A stretch of 52,974 bases of DNA from a virus (IMGVR_UViG_3300048837_000214:1-52974); one strand, 5' to 3'; numbered from the stretch's first letter, positions 1 to 9,317 are shown. Notes: a model not told the origin generated them from the letters alone. Program-made: numbers and translations.

Positions 1-127
1 CGTAGTTGGACGGGTTCAATTCTGGCGCGTCTTGTAGTGCGTCCCACACCGCTTCTTTCGTCGCCTCCAGTTCCGCACACCGCTCGTTCGCGGCGGCGAG
101 CTCGGTTTCGAGGGCGGCGCGCTTCGC
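1..127. repeat. 127-bp direct terminal repeat (circular assembly overlap), copy 1
   Basis: 1-127 is identical to 52848-52974, and an ORF reads across the join. 127 is a common assembler k-mer length, so this is probably an assembly overlap rather than a biological terminal repeat. Confidence 0.95.
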
Positions 128-274
128 TCGATGCCGCTCAAGATCCTCATTGCTCTGCTTCTGGATCGCCGTGGTGATGGCGTCAACCAGACCCGGCTCA
201 CCAACGCTAAGCCCAGACCTCCACTGTGCCATCACACCCTCGGCCTTCTGCCGTGGCGTCAATTCACTGTCCAT
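1..274 (-). CDS. hypothetical coiled-coil protein, 5' part (continues across the join to 52609; about 170 aa in total)
   Basis: GGAGG RBS then ATG at 274 (MDSELTPRQKAEG...). The frame stays open through the repeat into VWDALQDAPELNPSNYDHEQ of ORF 52609..52896. Confidence 0.8.
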   Translation of the reverse strand, partial: MDSELTPRQKAEGVMAQWRSGLSVGEPGLVDAITTAIQKQSNEDLERHRAKRAALETELAAANERCAELEATKEAVWDALQDAPELNPSNY

Positions 275-435
275 CTCGTACCTCCATGTGTTTTTTCAGC
301 TTCGATCTGCACGCCCAGCATGTCACCGCTTCGGTCGTCACAAACAGCGCGTCGAGGTCCACCCGCCGATCTGGCCGGCACAGTAACTCCCCGGCCTCGC
401 GCTGAAAAGCGTTCTCGCCGTGCCTGACCCACTTC

Positions 436-768
436 TCAAGCGTCTTTGCGTGGACGGTGGCCCTCCGGGGTACTCCTGGGGGCAGAACGTCGCGCTACGG
501 CCACCCAGGCGCTTCCTATGGCCGCTTCTGTCTCGCTGGCCGCCCCGCAATGCGGGCAATCCGGCTGCTCTGCGTAATACGGCCGCCACTGACCGCATTT
601 CCGGCACCAGCCCGCGCGCCTCGTCGCTGCCGTCTGGCGGCGGGCCACGACCTCGCGCAGGACGACGGCGCCGTGCTGCTCGCGAAGCTCGGGCGGCCAG
701 TCGCTCGGCAGGCCTGGTGGGGCTTGGTGGAACAGCGCTTTCACGCGGGCCTCGAAGGCGGGGTTCAT
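436..768 (-). CDS. hypothetical Zn-ribbon protein (possibly frameshifted)
   Basis: ATG at 768 overlaps the upstream stop (ATGA). Contains CRKC...CPHC. Confidence 0.6.
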   Translation of the reverse strand: MNPAFEARVKALFHQAPPGLPSDWPPELREQHGAVVLREVVARRQTAATRRAGWCRKCGQWRPYYAEQPDCPHCGAASETEAAIGSAWVAVARRSAPRSTPEGHRPRKDA

Positions 769-1628
769 ACTCCACATACCCCCATACACTCAGCCGCGAA
801 GTTCATGGCGAGTTGCCTCTTTCGCGGGTCTTCGGACACATCCAGTTGCACTAAATCGAGCGGCTGGCACGACCGATGTAGGTACATGCGTTGGTCCATC
901 TTGCGGTTGACGACCGCGCCAGCCTCGCGCAGCCGATGGTCGAGCCGCACCGACAGCGCCCACCCCTCCGGGTCTTCGCGCTTGATGCGGTCCCACTCAA
1001 GATCCGAATGGTACGGACAGAACACGCACGCCGAACGCGGCGTCTCGTGCGGCACGCTGCCGTGGGTCAGCAGCCACTCCAAGCAGTTCGCCCGCGTCAT
1101 GAAGTTCTCAATGAGGGGGAATCGCACGGCAAACGGCGACCGCTTCTCGCGCTTGTTTCGCTCGATCCGCATGGCGCGTCCAGCCTCATCGAGCGATATG
1201 CCGATGATCTGCGTGACCTTGACGTGCTTCGGTATGCGCTGCCGTTGTTCAAGCCCCAAGATGTCGCGGCGGACGGTCCGCTCGATCACGTCGATCTTGT
1301 ACTCTTTTGAACACTGGCGGCGAATCTTTCCGGCACTTTCGCCGACTGCCACAGTGAACGCCGGAATGGAAGCAAACCGCTGTCTAGTCGGGTTCTCCCC
1401 GCGCATCAGGTCATCGCTCAGCCGCCCCTTCGCCCGAATAAGGATCGGCGGGCCGTTGAGCGACTGGAGCCATTCGAGGTGCCTGTACACCGCCTTCGGT
1501 TCGTCGCCCGTGTCGGCAAAGATCGCGGCGTCGATGGTGTGGTCGAGGAACCCGCCCTTGCAGTACATGAGGTACAGAGTGGTGGACTGGACGCCCGCGC
1601 CAAGCGAGAGGATGTTCATGCGCGTCAT
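765..1628 (-). CDS. PAPS-reductase-like / adenine nucleotide alpha-hydrolase family phage protein
   Basis: N-terminal ILSLGAGVQST PP-loop-like motif, IFADTGDE, R-CSKEYKI, SACVFCPY and C-terminal ECMGVCGV. Start MTRMNIL at 1628 by ATGA overlap. Confidence 0.75.
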   Translation of the reverse strand: MTRMNILSLGAGVQSTTLYLMYCKGGFLDHTIDAAIFADTGDEPKAVYRHLEWLQSLNGPPILIRAKGRLSDDLMRGENPTRQRFASIPAFTVAVGESAGKIRRQCSKEYKIDVIERTVRRDILGLEQRQRIPKHVKVTQIIGISLDEAGRAMRIERNKREKRSPFAVRFPLIENFMTRANCLEWLLTHGSVPHETPRSACVFCPYHSDLEWDRIKREDPEGWALSVRLDHRLREAGAVVNRKMDQRMYLHRSCQPLDLVQLDVSEDPRKRQLAMNFAAECMGVCGV

Positions 1629-2134
1629 TGCTCGCCCCTCGCGGCGACCATCTGCCGCAGCCTGTCGCCGTAGTCGCACGAGCACCAGCCCGCCATCATC
1701 ACGACCCGCTTGTTGATGCCGTCCACCAGCTTCGCCACGGGCGGATCCTGCACCAGCCACATGTTCAAGTCGCCGCTCGGCTGGATTTCCTCGACCTTGC
1801 GCCGCCGGATGCGGCCCGTGTCCTCGTACCGCTCGACCATCACCAGCGCCCAGAACGACCGCCGACCGGTCCCTGAGCAGTCCCGGCAGTCCTGCGCCGG
1901 CCTGGCTGAGTGCGTCGGCGTGGCGTCGATCATGGCGCGCAACTCTGCCGGCGAGGGCGCGAACGTCTGGGAGTCAATCCAGGATGTCACCGCGGCGGCC
2001 ACCTGGTAGTCCGTCTTGGCCGCGGCCTTCGCCACCCGAAGGTATTCGGCGGCCTCGGCCTTGCCCATGTTCTTGCCACCTGTGCAGGACGACAGGCGGG
2101 CGATCTGGATCACGGCGTGGCGTTCGGAGATCAC
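1625..2134 (-). CDS. putative helicase loader/inhibitor-like protein with Zn finger
   Basis: Directly downstream of the initiator. FAPSPAELR motif resembles phage loader-inhibitor proteins; also CRDCSG...WCSC. Confidence 0.5.
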   Translation of the reverse strand: MISERHAVIQIARLSSCTGGKNMGKAEAAEYLRVAKAAAKTDYQVAAAVTSWIDSQTFAPSPAELRAMIDATPTHSARPAQDCRDCSGTGRRSFWALVMVERYEDTGRIRRRKVEEIQPSGDLNMWLVQDPPVAKLVDGINKRVVMMAGWCSCDYGDRLRQMVAARGEQ

Positions 2135-2979
2135 TGGATGCCTCGCTCTCGCTCGTCGATCTCGGCCAGCAACTCGTCAAACACGGTGCGCTCCTCCTTG
2201 GCCTCGGGCGGCTCGGTCATCCACAGGCCATTGACCGGATCGAGGTACTTCAGCAAGTGGTGGGTATACCGCCCGCCCTCCCGGGTCCACTCGGCAGAAC
2301 AGACCCACCCGGCGTGACGGTCGTCGATGCCTTGGGCGGTCGCCAGCGGGTCGGGCGTGTCCATGCAGATCTGGGCCAGGGCTCGCTCGGTGGCCTGGAG
2401 TGTCGGTCGGCGGTGCCTCGGGTGACGGGCGTGGATCGAGTGGGCGAGGTCGCTCAAATCGGGCGTGGAATCGGGCGGCGGGACGCTCCGCAGAGAGTCT
2501 TCTTCCCTTATTACTTTCTTCTCTTTATTAAGTTGTTGCCCTCCCCCTGCCCTAACTATGCCCTCGCCCATACCTCGCCCTGCCCTCAGCCCTGCCCTCT
2601 CTATGCCCTCCACTCTGCCCTCGTCGTTTGTCGGAATCTGATAAGTCTCGTAGTTTAAGACAGTTACCTTAGTCCATTGCCCTGCCCTTGAGTATGCCAT
2701 GATCGATAAATTTTCAAGGTGTTTCCAAGCTGTACGAACTTGTTTAGTTGAGACTTTACAAACCTTACTCATTTCGCCGTAGCTCGTGACGAAGCTGCCG
2801 CGCGGGATCGGCACCTGCTGGGTTCCGTCATACCAGGACTTCTCTTTCCAGTTGGCCTGGAGCAGGCAGCCGAGAAAAACCTTCAGGGTCGCGGCTGGCA
2901 ATTGGGTCCAAATCGGGTTGGTCAGTAGGCGGCGCCAGAGGCAGATGTAGCCTTGCGCCGCGGGTGTCTCTGTGCTCAT
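2131..2979 (-). CDS. phage replication initiator (lambda O / replisome-organiser-like, N-terminal winged helix)
   Basis: GYICLWRRLL..PIW...LKVFLGCLLQANWK...PRGSFVTS...T...VR...L...NYETYQ pattern, followed by a low-complexity linker that carries DNA iterons. Confidence 0.8.
   Translation of the reverse strand: MSTETPAAQGYICLWRRLLTNPIWTQLPAATLKVFLGCLLQANWKEKSWYDGTQQVPIPRGSFVTSYGEMSKVCKVSTKQVRTAWKHLENLSIMAYSRAGQWTKVTVLNYETYQIPTNDEGRVEGIERAGLRAGRGMGEGIVRAGGGQQLNKEKKVIREEDSLRSVPPPDSTPDLSDLAHSIHARHPRHRRPTLQATERALAQICMDTPDPLATAQGIDDRHAGWVCSAEWTREGGRYTHHLLKYLDPVNGLWMTEPPEAKEERTVFDELLAEIDERERGIQ
2505..2700. promoter_or_regulatory. putative replication origin: TGCCCT iterons beside AT-rich DNA inside the initiator gene
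   Basis: TGCCCT at 2537, 2548, 2559, 2581, 2593, 2604 and 2616 (11-12 bp phasing, degenerate copy at 2570), with further copies near 2678. AT-rich flanks at 2505-2535 and 2640-2770. Confidence 0.75.
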
Positions 2980-3041
2980 CGACGAACCTCATTTACTTCA
3001 GCCCGGTACGGTCCAGTTACTCAGGACTCGCCCAATGAGCG

Positions 3042-3782
3042 TCAGTCAGCCAAACTCTCAAACTCTGCGGGCTTGTACACCCGCGCAATCCACCGCGCCA
3101 GGTCAAACGGAATCATCGCGATCTGTGCTGAGGCGGCCTTGCGGGCGGGGGACCTGGACGAGAATCGGCGCGTCATCGACTCGGGATCGTGCCACCACTC
3201 ACCGCCTTGCTTGATGCCTGTCACCGCCGCGCTCCGGAACGACCGCCCCGGCTTCCCGGTCTTCTCGTGTTCGTGGAAGTTGAAACCGGGGACCTTGCGA
3301 TGCAACGCCCGCGGCATCAGCGCCGGCACGTCGCCCCAGAAGTAGAACGACCCGTACCGCCACTTCGCCCGGCCCACCCAGGGCTGTGCGCCGCGAACAT
3401 TCTCCACCACCATCGGAATATGCCGCCCGGCCGCCTCGCACGCCTCCCGCTGGATGCGGAAGCAGGCGTCGAACAGCGCCGTCAGTTCGGCCACGTCGCG
3501 CGTCCCGTCCCGGTACTCCGCCGCCATCTGCTTCGCCCGGCTCCAAGGCATCGCCATGTAGGAGTACTTCTGGCACGGCGGCGAGGCGACAATCACATCG
3601 GCGTGGCGGAGCTGCGAGCCGTGGATGGTGAGCGCATCCTGGAGGACGAGTTGACCGGGATAGCCCCCGGCGCCGTAGTCGTGGCGCTCGATGTCAAACC
3701 CATAGCACTCGTACCCCTCGGCGAGGAATCCAGCCGACCAGCCGCCGAGGCCACAGAAAATGTCGATAACGACTGGCTTCAT
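3042..3782 (-). CDS. DNA cytosine-C5 methyltransferase-like protein (short phage type)
   Basis: Motif I IDIFCGLGG, motif IV ASPPCQ, motif VI VENV. Confidence 0.8.
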   Translation of the reverse strand: MKPVVIDIFCGLGGWSAGFLAEGYECYGFDIERHDYGAGGYPGQLVLQDALTIHGSQLRHADVIVASPPCQKYSYMAMPWSRAKQMAAEYRDGTRDVAELTALFDACFRIQREACEAAGRHIPMVVENVRGAQPWVGRAKWRYGSFYFWGDVPALMPRALHRKVPGFNFHEHEKTGKPGRSFRSAAVTGIKQGGEWWHDPESMTRRFSSRSPARKAASAQIAMIPFDLARWIARVYKPAEFESLAD

Positions 3783-4045
3783 GCCGCCCCGCCAAGTAGC
3801 GGCTCGGCCGCACACTTCCCTGCCGTCGACTTCCGCTCACGGCTCCGCCACATACTCGCTCGCTCGCGATCCCGAACCCACGCCTTGTACTCAGGCAACT
3901 GCCGGCAGCACGGCCCCGCCAGCGCCTTGCCTCGCCCGTGTTCCCAGTACTCCCGTCCGCAGCACCCAGGCCAGGCGTCGGGGTGCTCGCCGCAGCGATG
4001 GCGCTGGAGGCGCATGACGACGCCGATGGGCTTCGCGGGGGTCAC
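3779..4045 (-). CDS. hypothetical Cys-rich protein
   Basis: Fills the gap with 4-bp overlaps to both neighbours. Confidence 0.55.
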   Translation of the reverse strand: MTPAKPIGVVMRLQRHRCGEHPDAWPGCCGREYWEHGRGKALAGPCCRQLPEYKAWVRDRERASMWRSRERKSTAGKCAAEPLLGGAA

Positions 4046-5022
4046 GACGCGGCCTCCATGCCCTCCTCAAACATCCCAATCTGGGGGTCATCCGACGAGG
4101 GCTTCGCCTCCGCCAAGTTCCTCATGGCCTGCTTGAAGTAACTAGCCTTTAGTTCAACTCCAACGCCACGGCGACCACCACAGACGGCCCCAAATACCTC
4201 AGACCCGACGCCCATGAACGGAGTCAACACAACCTCGCCAGGATTACTCCAAAGCACCACGGCCCGGTCAATCACGTCCAATTGCAAGGGGTGAACATGT
4301 TTCTCGTCGTCTGATTCACGGGCGGGCTTGAATGGTAGAACGCGGTCGATCCGCACGTCATCCCAGAAGGCAGAAGCATACTGCCGCCAGATCCAGTGCG
4401 AGTAGCGGTTCTCGATCTGGTTCCCCTTCCACCCCCGATAGCACATAAGTTCGGGCGGGATCTGCCGCGCCCCGGCATAACTCATTAGTCCAGTCGGATG
4501 CTTGATTGGGACGGCGTTCTTCCCTGACCGTCGAAAGACCAGCATGTAATCGGCTGATGCCACGGTACAGCGGCTAGAGTCATCCACAATCGTCTTGTGG
4601 GCAAGGGCTTTGGTCATGGTCCGGTTGCGGACCCCAAGTGGCTCCTTCCAAACGCTGTACCGGGCCACGTACCGCCACCCCATCCGCTCATGCAGTCGAA
4701 TGATGTCGCCAGGGAAGTCAATTAGGTAATCGAGCCCACTGTTGCCGCTTGGCACATCCATGCAGTGAACGCAGGTCATGCGCCCCGGCGCAGTGATGCG
4801 GTGGAGGCCGTTGACCACAAACTCGTACTGCTGGAAAAACTCGGCATAGTCCCGGCAGTTCGATAGATCACGTTCGCTTGATGAGTAGTGGTACAGTCCA
4901 GCGAATGGCGGACTGTAGATCGAGAGATGGACAGCGTTCTCCGGTAAAGTCGCCATGACCTCGATGCAGTCGCCGTTGTAGAGTGCGTACCGTTCGGTGA
5001 TGCACTGGTCTTTTACAGCCAT
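4042..5022 (-). CDS. N4-C/N6-A DNA methyltransferase (beta class)
   Basis: YNGDC, catalytic SPPF near the N-terminus, KHVHPLQLD, and SAM-binding VLTPFMGVGS near the C-terminus. Confidence 0.88.
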   Translation of the reverse strand: MAVKDQCITERYALYNGDCIEVMATLPENAVHLSIYSPPFAGLYHYSSSERDLSNCRDYAEFFQQYEFVVNGLHRITAPGRMTCVHCMDVPSGNSGLDYLIDFPGDIIRLHERMGWRYVARYSVWKEPLGVRNRTMTKALAHKTIVDDSSRCTVASADYMLVFRRSGKNAVPIKHPTGLMSYAGARQIPPELMCYRGWKGNQIENRYSHWIWRQYASAFWDDVRIDRVLPFKPARESDDEKHVHPLQLDVIDRAVVLWSNPGEVVLTPFMGVGSEVFGAVCGGRRGVGVELKASYFKQAMRNLAEAKPSSDDPQIGMFEEGMEAAS

Positions 5023-6527
5023 GATGGGATGATCTCCTTGCTCTCAAATTTCTCGGAACGGTCAATACGGATGGCGTCGTTCATGTGTTCGACCAGCGAC
5101 GAAAACATCCGGTCTGCCGCCTCGGACTTTCGCCGCAGGTTGTCTTTGATGCCAGCCTCGCCCTCGGTCGCCACTAGATCCACTGTGACGGGATACTTCT
5201 GCCCAAACCGCCAGCACCGTCGAACCGACTGGTAGTATTGCTCGTAACTGTGGCTGGCGAAGGTGACGATGTGCGAGCAGTGCTGCCAATTCAGTCCCCA
5301 CGCCCCGATCTTCGGTTTGGTAATCAGCACCCGCAGGTCGCCACTGGAGAACGCGGAGTAGATGTCCTCTTTCTCGTCATCCGGAGTACTGCCCGCAATC
5401 TCACGCGAACCTGGTATCAACTTCTCAAGCAGTTTGCCCTCTGCGTTCATGTGACACCAGACCACGGCGGCTTTCTCTGTATCGGCAACGAGGCTAGCGG
5501 CTTTCTCGCAGCGTTCCTGGAGGGTGCGCCTACGTTCTTCGCGCTCCTCCCGCATGTCCCGCGCTGGCATGGCAAACAACATCCCAGGCGCAAGCGTGCG
5601 GGTCTGGACGATGTGCTCGTTTTCGATGAGCGGCGGCAAAATGAACCCGTCATCCTCAAAACCCAAATCGGAAGGCTTACGGCAGGCCCGCGCCCATGAC
5701 GATACCCACTTCCAGAAGGCGTGTTCGGCGTGGCCCTTGAAGCGCCACTTGACTCCAGCCCCGCCGCCATACCTTCTACCCTTTGTGTCGCTGGTGCTTT
5801 GGTCGTTCTTGAAAAACCTGTTGAGCATGTCCATGTGGCCCAACTCGCCCAGGGCTTCGCTGGACGTGCCCAGTTCGATGTAATCGTTGGGCGCTGCGGT
5901 CGCCGTGCATAGCAGCCGGTACTCCATCGTGCGAAGGAACTCAGTCACCTCGGCCCGCCGCTTGCCGTTGAAGCTCTTGATGGCGCTGGACTCATCGCAG
6001 ACCACACCGCCAAAGTCCTCGGGTCGGAAGTGGTGCAACTTCTCGTAGTTCGTGACCACGATGTGCGCTCCGGCTTCGATCACGCCAGACGACCGGCGGC
6101 AGTCCAGATCAAACTTGGCGGCCTCGGTTACCGTCTGCCGGGCCACCGCCAAAGGCGTCAGGCAGAGGACCGGCTTGTTCGTCTTGCGGACCACATTCTC
6201 GGACCAGACCAGGTGCATCGGCGTCTTGCCCATGCCGCAATCGGCAAGAATGGCGGATCGGCCCTTGCGCACCGCATGGTCTACGAGGTATCTCTGGAAG
6301 CCAAACAGAAACCCCGGCATCAGTAGCGGCTCAAACCCGCCGAAGTTCGCCCGTTGTTCCTTCGCCTTCAGGAAAGCGCCGTATTCGTTCTTGGTCAAGA
6401 TTGCGTACTCCATAATCCAGTCAGTCACCCCTTGCCATGCCCCGGCGTCGTGGTCCAGCGTGTCCCAATTCCGCTTGCACTCGCCCTCCTGCTCGACGCA
6501 GCGGGCCAGTTCGGAGTCGAGGGTCAT
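5013..6527 (-). CDS. SF2 (SNF2-like) helicase
   Basis: Walker A ADCGMGKT, DESS motif II, TAT motif III, GLNWQ, and QSVRRCWRFGQ motif VI. Confidence 0.88.
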   Translation of the reverse strand: MTLDSELARCVEQEGECKRNWDTLDHDAGAWQGVTDWIMEYAILTKNEYGAFLKAKEQRANFGGFEPLLMPGFLFGFQRYLVDHAVRKGRSAILADCGMGKTPMHLVWSENVVRKTNKPVLCLTPLAVARQTVTEAAKFDLDCRRSSGVIEAGAHIVVTNYEKLHHFRPEDFGGVVCDESSAIKSFNGKRRAEVTEFLRTMEYRLLCTATAAPNDYIELGTSSEALGELGHMDMLNRFFKNDQSTSDTKGRRYGGGAGVKWRFKGHAEHAFWKWVSSWARACRKPSDLGFEDDGFILPPLIENEHIVQTRTLAPGMLFAMPARDMREEREERRRTLQERCEKAASLVADTEKAAVVWCHMNAEGKLLEKLIPGSREIAGSTPDDEKEDIYSAFSSGDLRVLITKPKIGAWGLNWQHCSHIVTFASHSYEQYYQSVRRCWRFGQKYPVTVDLVATEGEAGIKDNLRRKSEAADRMFSSLVEHMNDAIRIDRSEKFESKEIIPSWL

Positions 6528-6847
6528 GCCGCCCCCCGCTTCTTCCGCATCAGGTACGACTGCACCGTCTCGTAGGAGACATGCAGTTGCTTCGCAATCC
6601 AGTAGCTGCCGCCAGCCGGCCAACGGCGGCTCAACTCCTCGATGCAGGCCCGGCGCGCCGCCACAGTGACGCGGTGACGCCGCTGGCTCATGACTTCCTC
6701 GACCGGGACCGACCGGCTCGCGCAGATGCCCTCGATGACCTCTCTCGGCAGTTTGGGGTCCAGCGCCAGCGCCGCCTGTTGAACGCTCAGCGGCATGACC
6801 GACAGGCCGAGGGTCTGCTGGCAGTGCGGGCAGATGGTGGTCAACAT
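6524..6847 (-). CDS. DnaA C-terminal-like HTH DNA-binding protein
   Basis: V..EEVMSQRR.R.V.ARR...IAKQLH.SYETV pattern resembles the DnaA domain IV/TrpR-like HTH. Confidence 0.55.
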   Translation of the reverse strand: MLTTICPHCQQTLGLSVMPLSVQQAALALDPKLPREVIEGICASRSVPVEEVMSQRRHRVTVAARRACIEELSRRWPAGGSYWIAKQLHVSYETVQSYLMRKKRGAA

Positions 6848-7473
6848 GGGTCCACCCGCCTGAACTCGACGACCCAGCACCAGGGGTTCGACTCCCACCC
6901 GTAGCCGCGCTTGGCGTTGATGGAGTTCCAGAGTTCCGCGTAATTCATCTGCGGGGTGAAGTCCAACTCCCACGTCACGCCCTCTGCAAGTGCATCCTCT
7001 TCCGTGATGCTTCTAACCCGCTCGACGCGGACGCCAGTGACTTCGAGTGTGATGCGGCTGTACTTGCGCGGCATATAGATGGAGGGACGCCAGGTGTCAA
7101 TCGTTGCGAGTCCAACGCCGCCGCCAAAGCCGCCAGCCCCACTGACTTCGTAGGGAACGTGATGGCCGTCGTCTGAATCGGCGCGGTAAAAGCACCGATT
7201 GTGCTCAAAATCTTCAGCCCACGTTTCCCGCACCCAAAGCGTGTCGCCAGGATCGTAGGGGCAGTAGAGCCGCTGAACCGTCTTGTCCCCGTACTCGCCA
7301 CCCGCCTGTGGAACGTGGAGGTATGGCGTCGTGAGGCCATCGGGGAATGCCCGTTCCCAGTCAGGTTCCCCGTAAAAAGGGTTGTGCTTCACCACCCGCC
7401 GCGTCTGCGTCTTGCGCCCTTCGAGAATGGCCCGCACCATCGGGCCCTTGAAAAGAATAGGCTTCTCAGGCAT
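6841..7473 (-). CDS. ASCH/PUA-like phage protein
   Basis: KPILF..PMVRAILEGRKTQTRR, GDTLWVRETW, WRPSIYMPR..SRITLE and W..NPW.WVVEF are hallmark motifs of this common phage family. Confidence 0.8.
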   Translation of the reverse strand: MPEKPILFKGPMVRAILEGRKTQTRRVVKHNPFYGEPDWERAFPDGLTTPYLHVPQAGGEYGDKTVQRLYCPYDPGDTLWVRETWAEDFEHNRCFYRADSDDGHHVPYEVSGAGGFGGGVGLATIDTWRPSIYMPRKYSRITLEVTGVRVERVRSITEEDALAEGVTWELDFTPQMNYAELWNSINAKRGYGWESNPWCWVVEFRRVDPC

Positions 7474-7801
7474 GGTCACCTCCATCAATCCGCAGCTGCC
7501 CCACCAGTTCCCGGTACCGCGCCTCGGGCAGCATCAGACGCACGGTGCGGAGTTCGCTAAGGATCTGCCGCCACAGGGGACGGACGGCTGCCTCGGCGTC
7601 CTCCGCGGTCCTGACGAGGTAGTAGCCCGCGACGGCGCCGCGGGACGCCCCGATGGGCTCGCCGTCGTTTCGAAGTCGCTCGACGCTGGCTTTGACGGCC
7701 CGCGCCGACATGCGGGTCTTCAGCTGGATCTCCGCGATCGGCACCGGCGAGTCGTGACGGCCGGCGCGGATGAGATCGAGGATGTAGGGGTCGGTGGTCA
7801 T
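7466..7801 (-). CDS. winged-helix HTH protein
   Basis: IAEIQ...MSARAVK..VERLR..G.PI.S....GYY pattern. Confidence 0.7.
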   Translation of the reverse strand: MTTDPYILDLIRAGRHDSPVPIAEIQLKTRMSARAVKASVERLRNDGEPIGASRGAVAGYYLVRTAEDAEAAVRPLWRQILSELRTVRLMLPEARYRELVGQLRIDGGDHA

Positions 7802-7802
7802 A

Positions 7803-8264
7803 CTACTCCTCCCGCGTCCGCTCCCATGCCCCGTCCGAGTCCTGCTTGTGGACCAGGCACTTGTCGCGCAGGCCCATCAGCGCCATCGACACCTGCTTGT
7901 TGCCGAGCCCGGTTGTGCGTTCGATCCCACTCACGCCGCTCGGTTCGATGCCGAGGGCATCCCAAACAGCCCGGAGCGTGGTGGACCTCGGATCACGCAA
8001 CGCCTCCGGGTAGCCCCGCAGCCGCACTTCCGTCGCGAGTCGGCTGCCGGTGCTGGACTCCGGGATACCGTTGCGCTTCACGAAGCGCTTCTGCGGTGCT
8101 GGGGCTGGGGCGTCCTGCCGTTTCGGCGCTTCCTGGAACAGCAGTGTGAACCACTCGGCGGGGATGCAATGCGCCCGCCCGCCCGCGTTCACCGCCATCA
8201 GGGCCTCGCCGCTCAACTCAACCGGGACGGCCTCGACCTCGTTAAATCTCGACTCAAATCTCAT
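7803..8264 (-). CDS. hypothetical protein with C-terminal winged helix
   Basis: Tight operon packing; VSGIERTTGL...QVSMAL..LRDK.LV helix-turn-helix. Confidence 0.6.
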   Translation of the reverse strand: MRFESRFNEVEAVPVELSGEALMAVNAGGRAHCIPAEWFTLLFQEAPKRQDAPAPAPQKRFVKRNGIPESSTGSRLATEVRLRGYPEALRDPRSTTLRAVWDALGIEPSGVSGIERTTGLGNKQVSMALMGLRDKCLVHKQDSDGAWERTREE

Positions 8265-8692
8265 ACTTGTGGCTCCTTCAACCCATCAACCAACTCAATG
8301 TGTGCGCACGGAACATCCACCCCGTCTGGCCGGCAGTAGAGCTTCCGCGCCTGCAAATATGCCACCCGCGCATCGTCCTCAATGGCCCCGCCCATCACCA
8401 AGGCGTCGAGCGTGGACCGGACGAGCTTGTCCAGGTCAGGCTTGCGGTCGGGCAGTGTGCGGGACTTCGGCGCAGACTTGGGGCGCCGGAAGTAGAACGT
8501 GAGGCTGACTCCAATCGCGCCGTCGAGCGTGACGCGCGGCCCCTCACGGACGGCCCAGATGACAGCCTCGCGCCACGGCTTGACCTTCTTGCACGACTCG
8601 ACCATGATGGCGCGGCCATTGGGCAGCCTGCCCTTCGGGGACTTTGAGCCCTGGGGCGCGGGCTCACCGATGACGTCGTAACTCAGTGTCAC
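8261..8692 (-). CDS. rusA: RusA-family Holliday junction resolvase
   Basis: G.PAPQGSK, K.WR..V, KPDLDKLVRSTLDAL and IEDDARV catalytic motifs. GTG start overlaps the upstream stop. Confidence 0.9.
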   Translation of the reverse strand: MTLSYDVIGEPAPQGSKSPKGRLPNGRAIMVESCKKVKPWREAVIWAVREGPRVTLDGAIGVSLTFYFRRPKSAPKSRTLPDRKPDLDKLVRSTLDALVMGGAIEDDARVAYLQARKLYCRPDGVDVPCAHIELVDGLKEPQV

Positions 8693-9105
8693 CACGTCCC
8701 CCAGCCGAGCGCGAGCATGATGGCGAGGATCCAGCCGCCGGCGCAGAACAGGCCCAGCACCCACATACGCCCGACCAGCGCGTAGTGCCGCCGCTCGACG
8801 TCGACCAGCCGCGCATGGAACGCGGCATGGGCGGCATCCACGGCGGCCTGCGCCTTGTGCTTGACATCCTGCCGCCACTGGTGATTGTCCAGGCAGTCGT
8901 CGCAGCAGAACACGCTGCCGTCGAGAGCCACGCCGCCCCCAAGGCAGGGGTTTCCGCACTCGCCGCACTCCACGGACACGCCGGGCAGCACGGCCTCGAC
9001 CTCAGCTTCGGTGGGGTTCAGCTCCCGGTAGCCCGCCGGCAGGTTCGCGTTCAGATTTCGTCCGTCGCGGCCCCAGGAGGCACCGCGGAAGTCGGCGTTG
9101 TGCAT
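8689..9105 (-). CDS. hypothetical Zn-finger protein with C-terminal TM helix
   Basis: CGECG...FCCDDC and a hydrophobic C-terminus. Confidence 0.6.
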   Translation of the reverse strand: MHNADFRGASWGRDGRNLNANLPAGYRELNPTEAEVEAVLPGVSVECGECGNPCLGGGVALDGSVFCCDDCLDNHQWRQDVKHKAQAAVDAAHAAFHARLVDVERRHYALVGRMWVLGLFCAGGWILAIMLALGWGTW

Positions 9106-9317
9106 GGTGTTACCTCGATTTCCAAATACTCACAGGCGAGGACGTAGGCCGCATCGCCGGCCCGTTTCCGCGCGATTTCAGCCGCCTCGACCGCCGCCGC
9201 CCGCCGGATTAGGCAGGCGGCAGCGCGGCGCATGGTGGGGACGGAGTTGCAGGCGTACCAGGCCGCGAAGCCCAGGACGCCGGCGCCGAGAAGGAAGGCC
9301 CAGTTGATCTCGTTCAT
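9051..9317 (-). CDS. hypothetical membrane protein
   Basis: MNEINWAFLLGAGVLGFAAWY hydrophobic N-terminus; TAATG coupling to the upstream gene. Confidence 0.55.
   Translation of the reverse strand: MNEINWAFLLGAGVLGFAAWYACNSVPTMRRAAACLIRRAAAVEAAEIARKRAGDAAYVLACEYLEIEVTPCTTPTSAVPPGAATDEI

Noticed and set aside
1-127. Biological terminal repeat or att site
   Set aside because: Lies mid-gene, its length matches an assembler k-mer, and the gpA-type terminase implies cos ends elsewhere.
6880-6900. GGTTCGACTCCC T-loop-like word
   Set aside because: Antisense of the conserved WESNPW codons of the ASCH-like gene; no acceptor stem.
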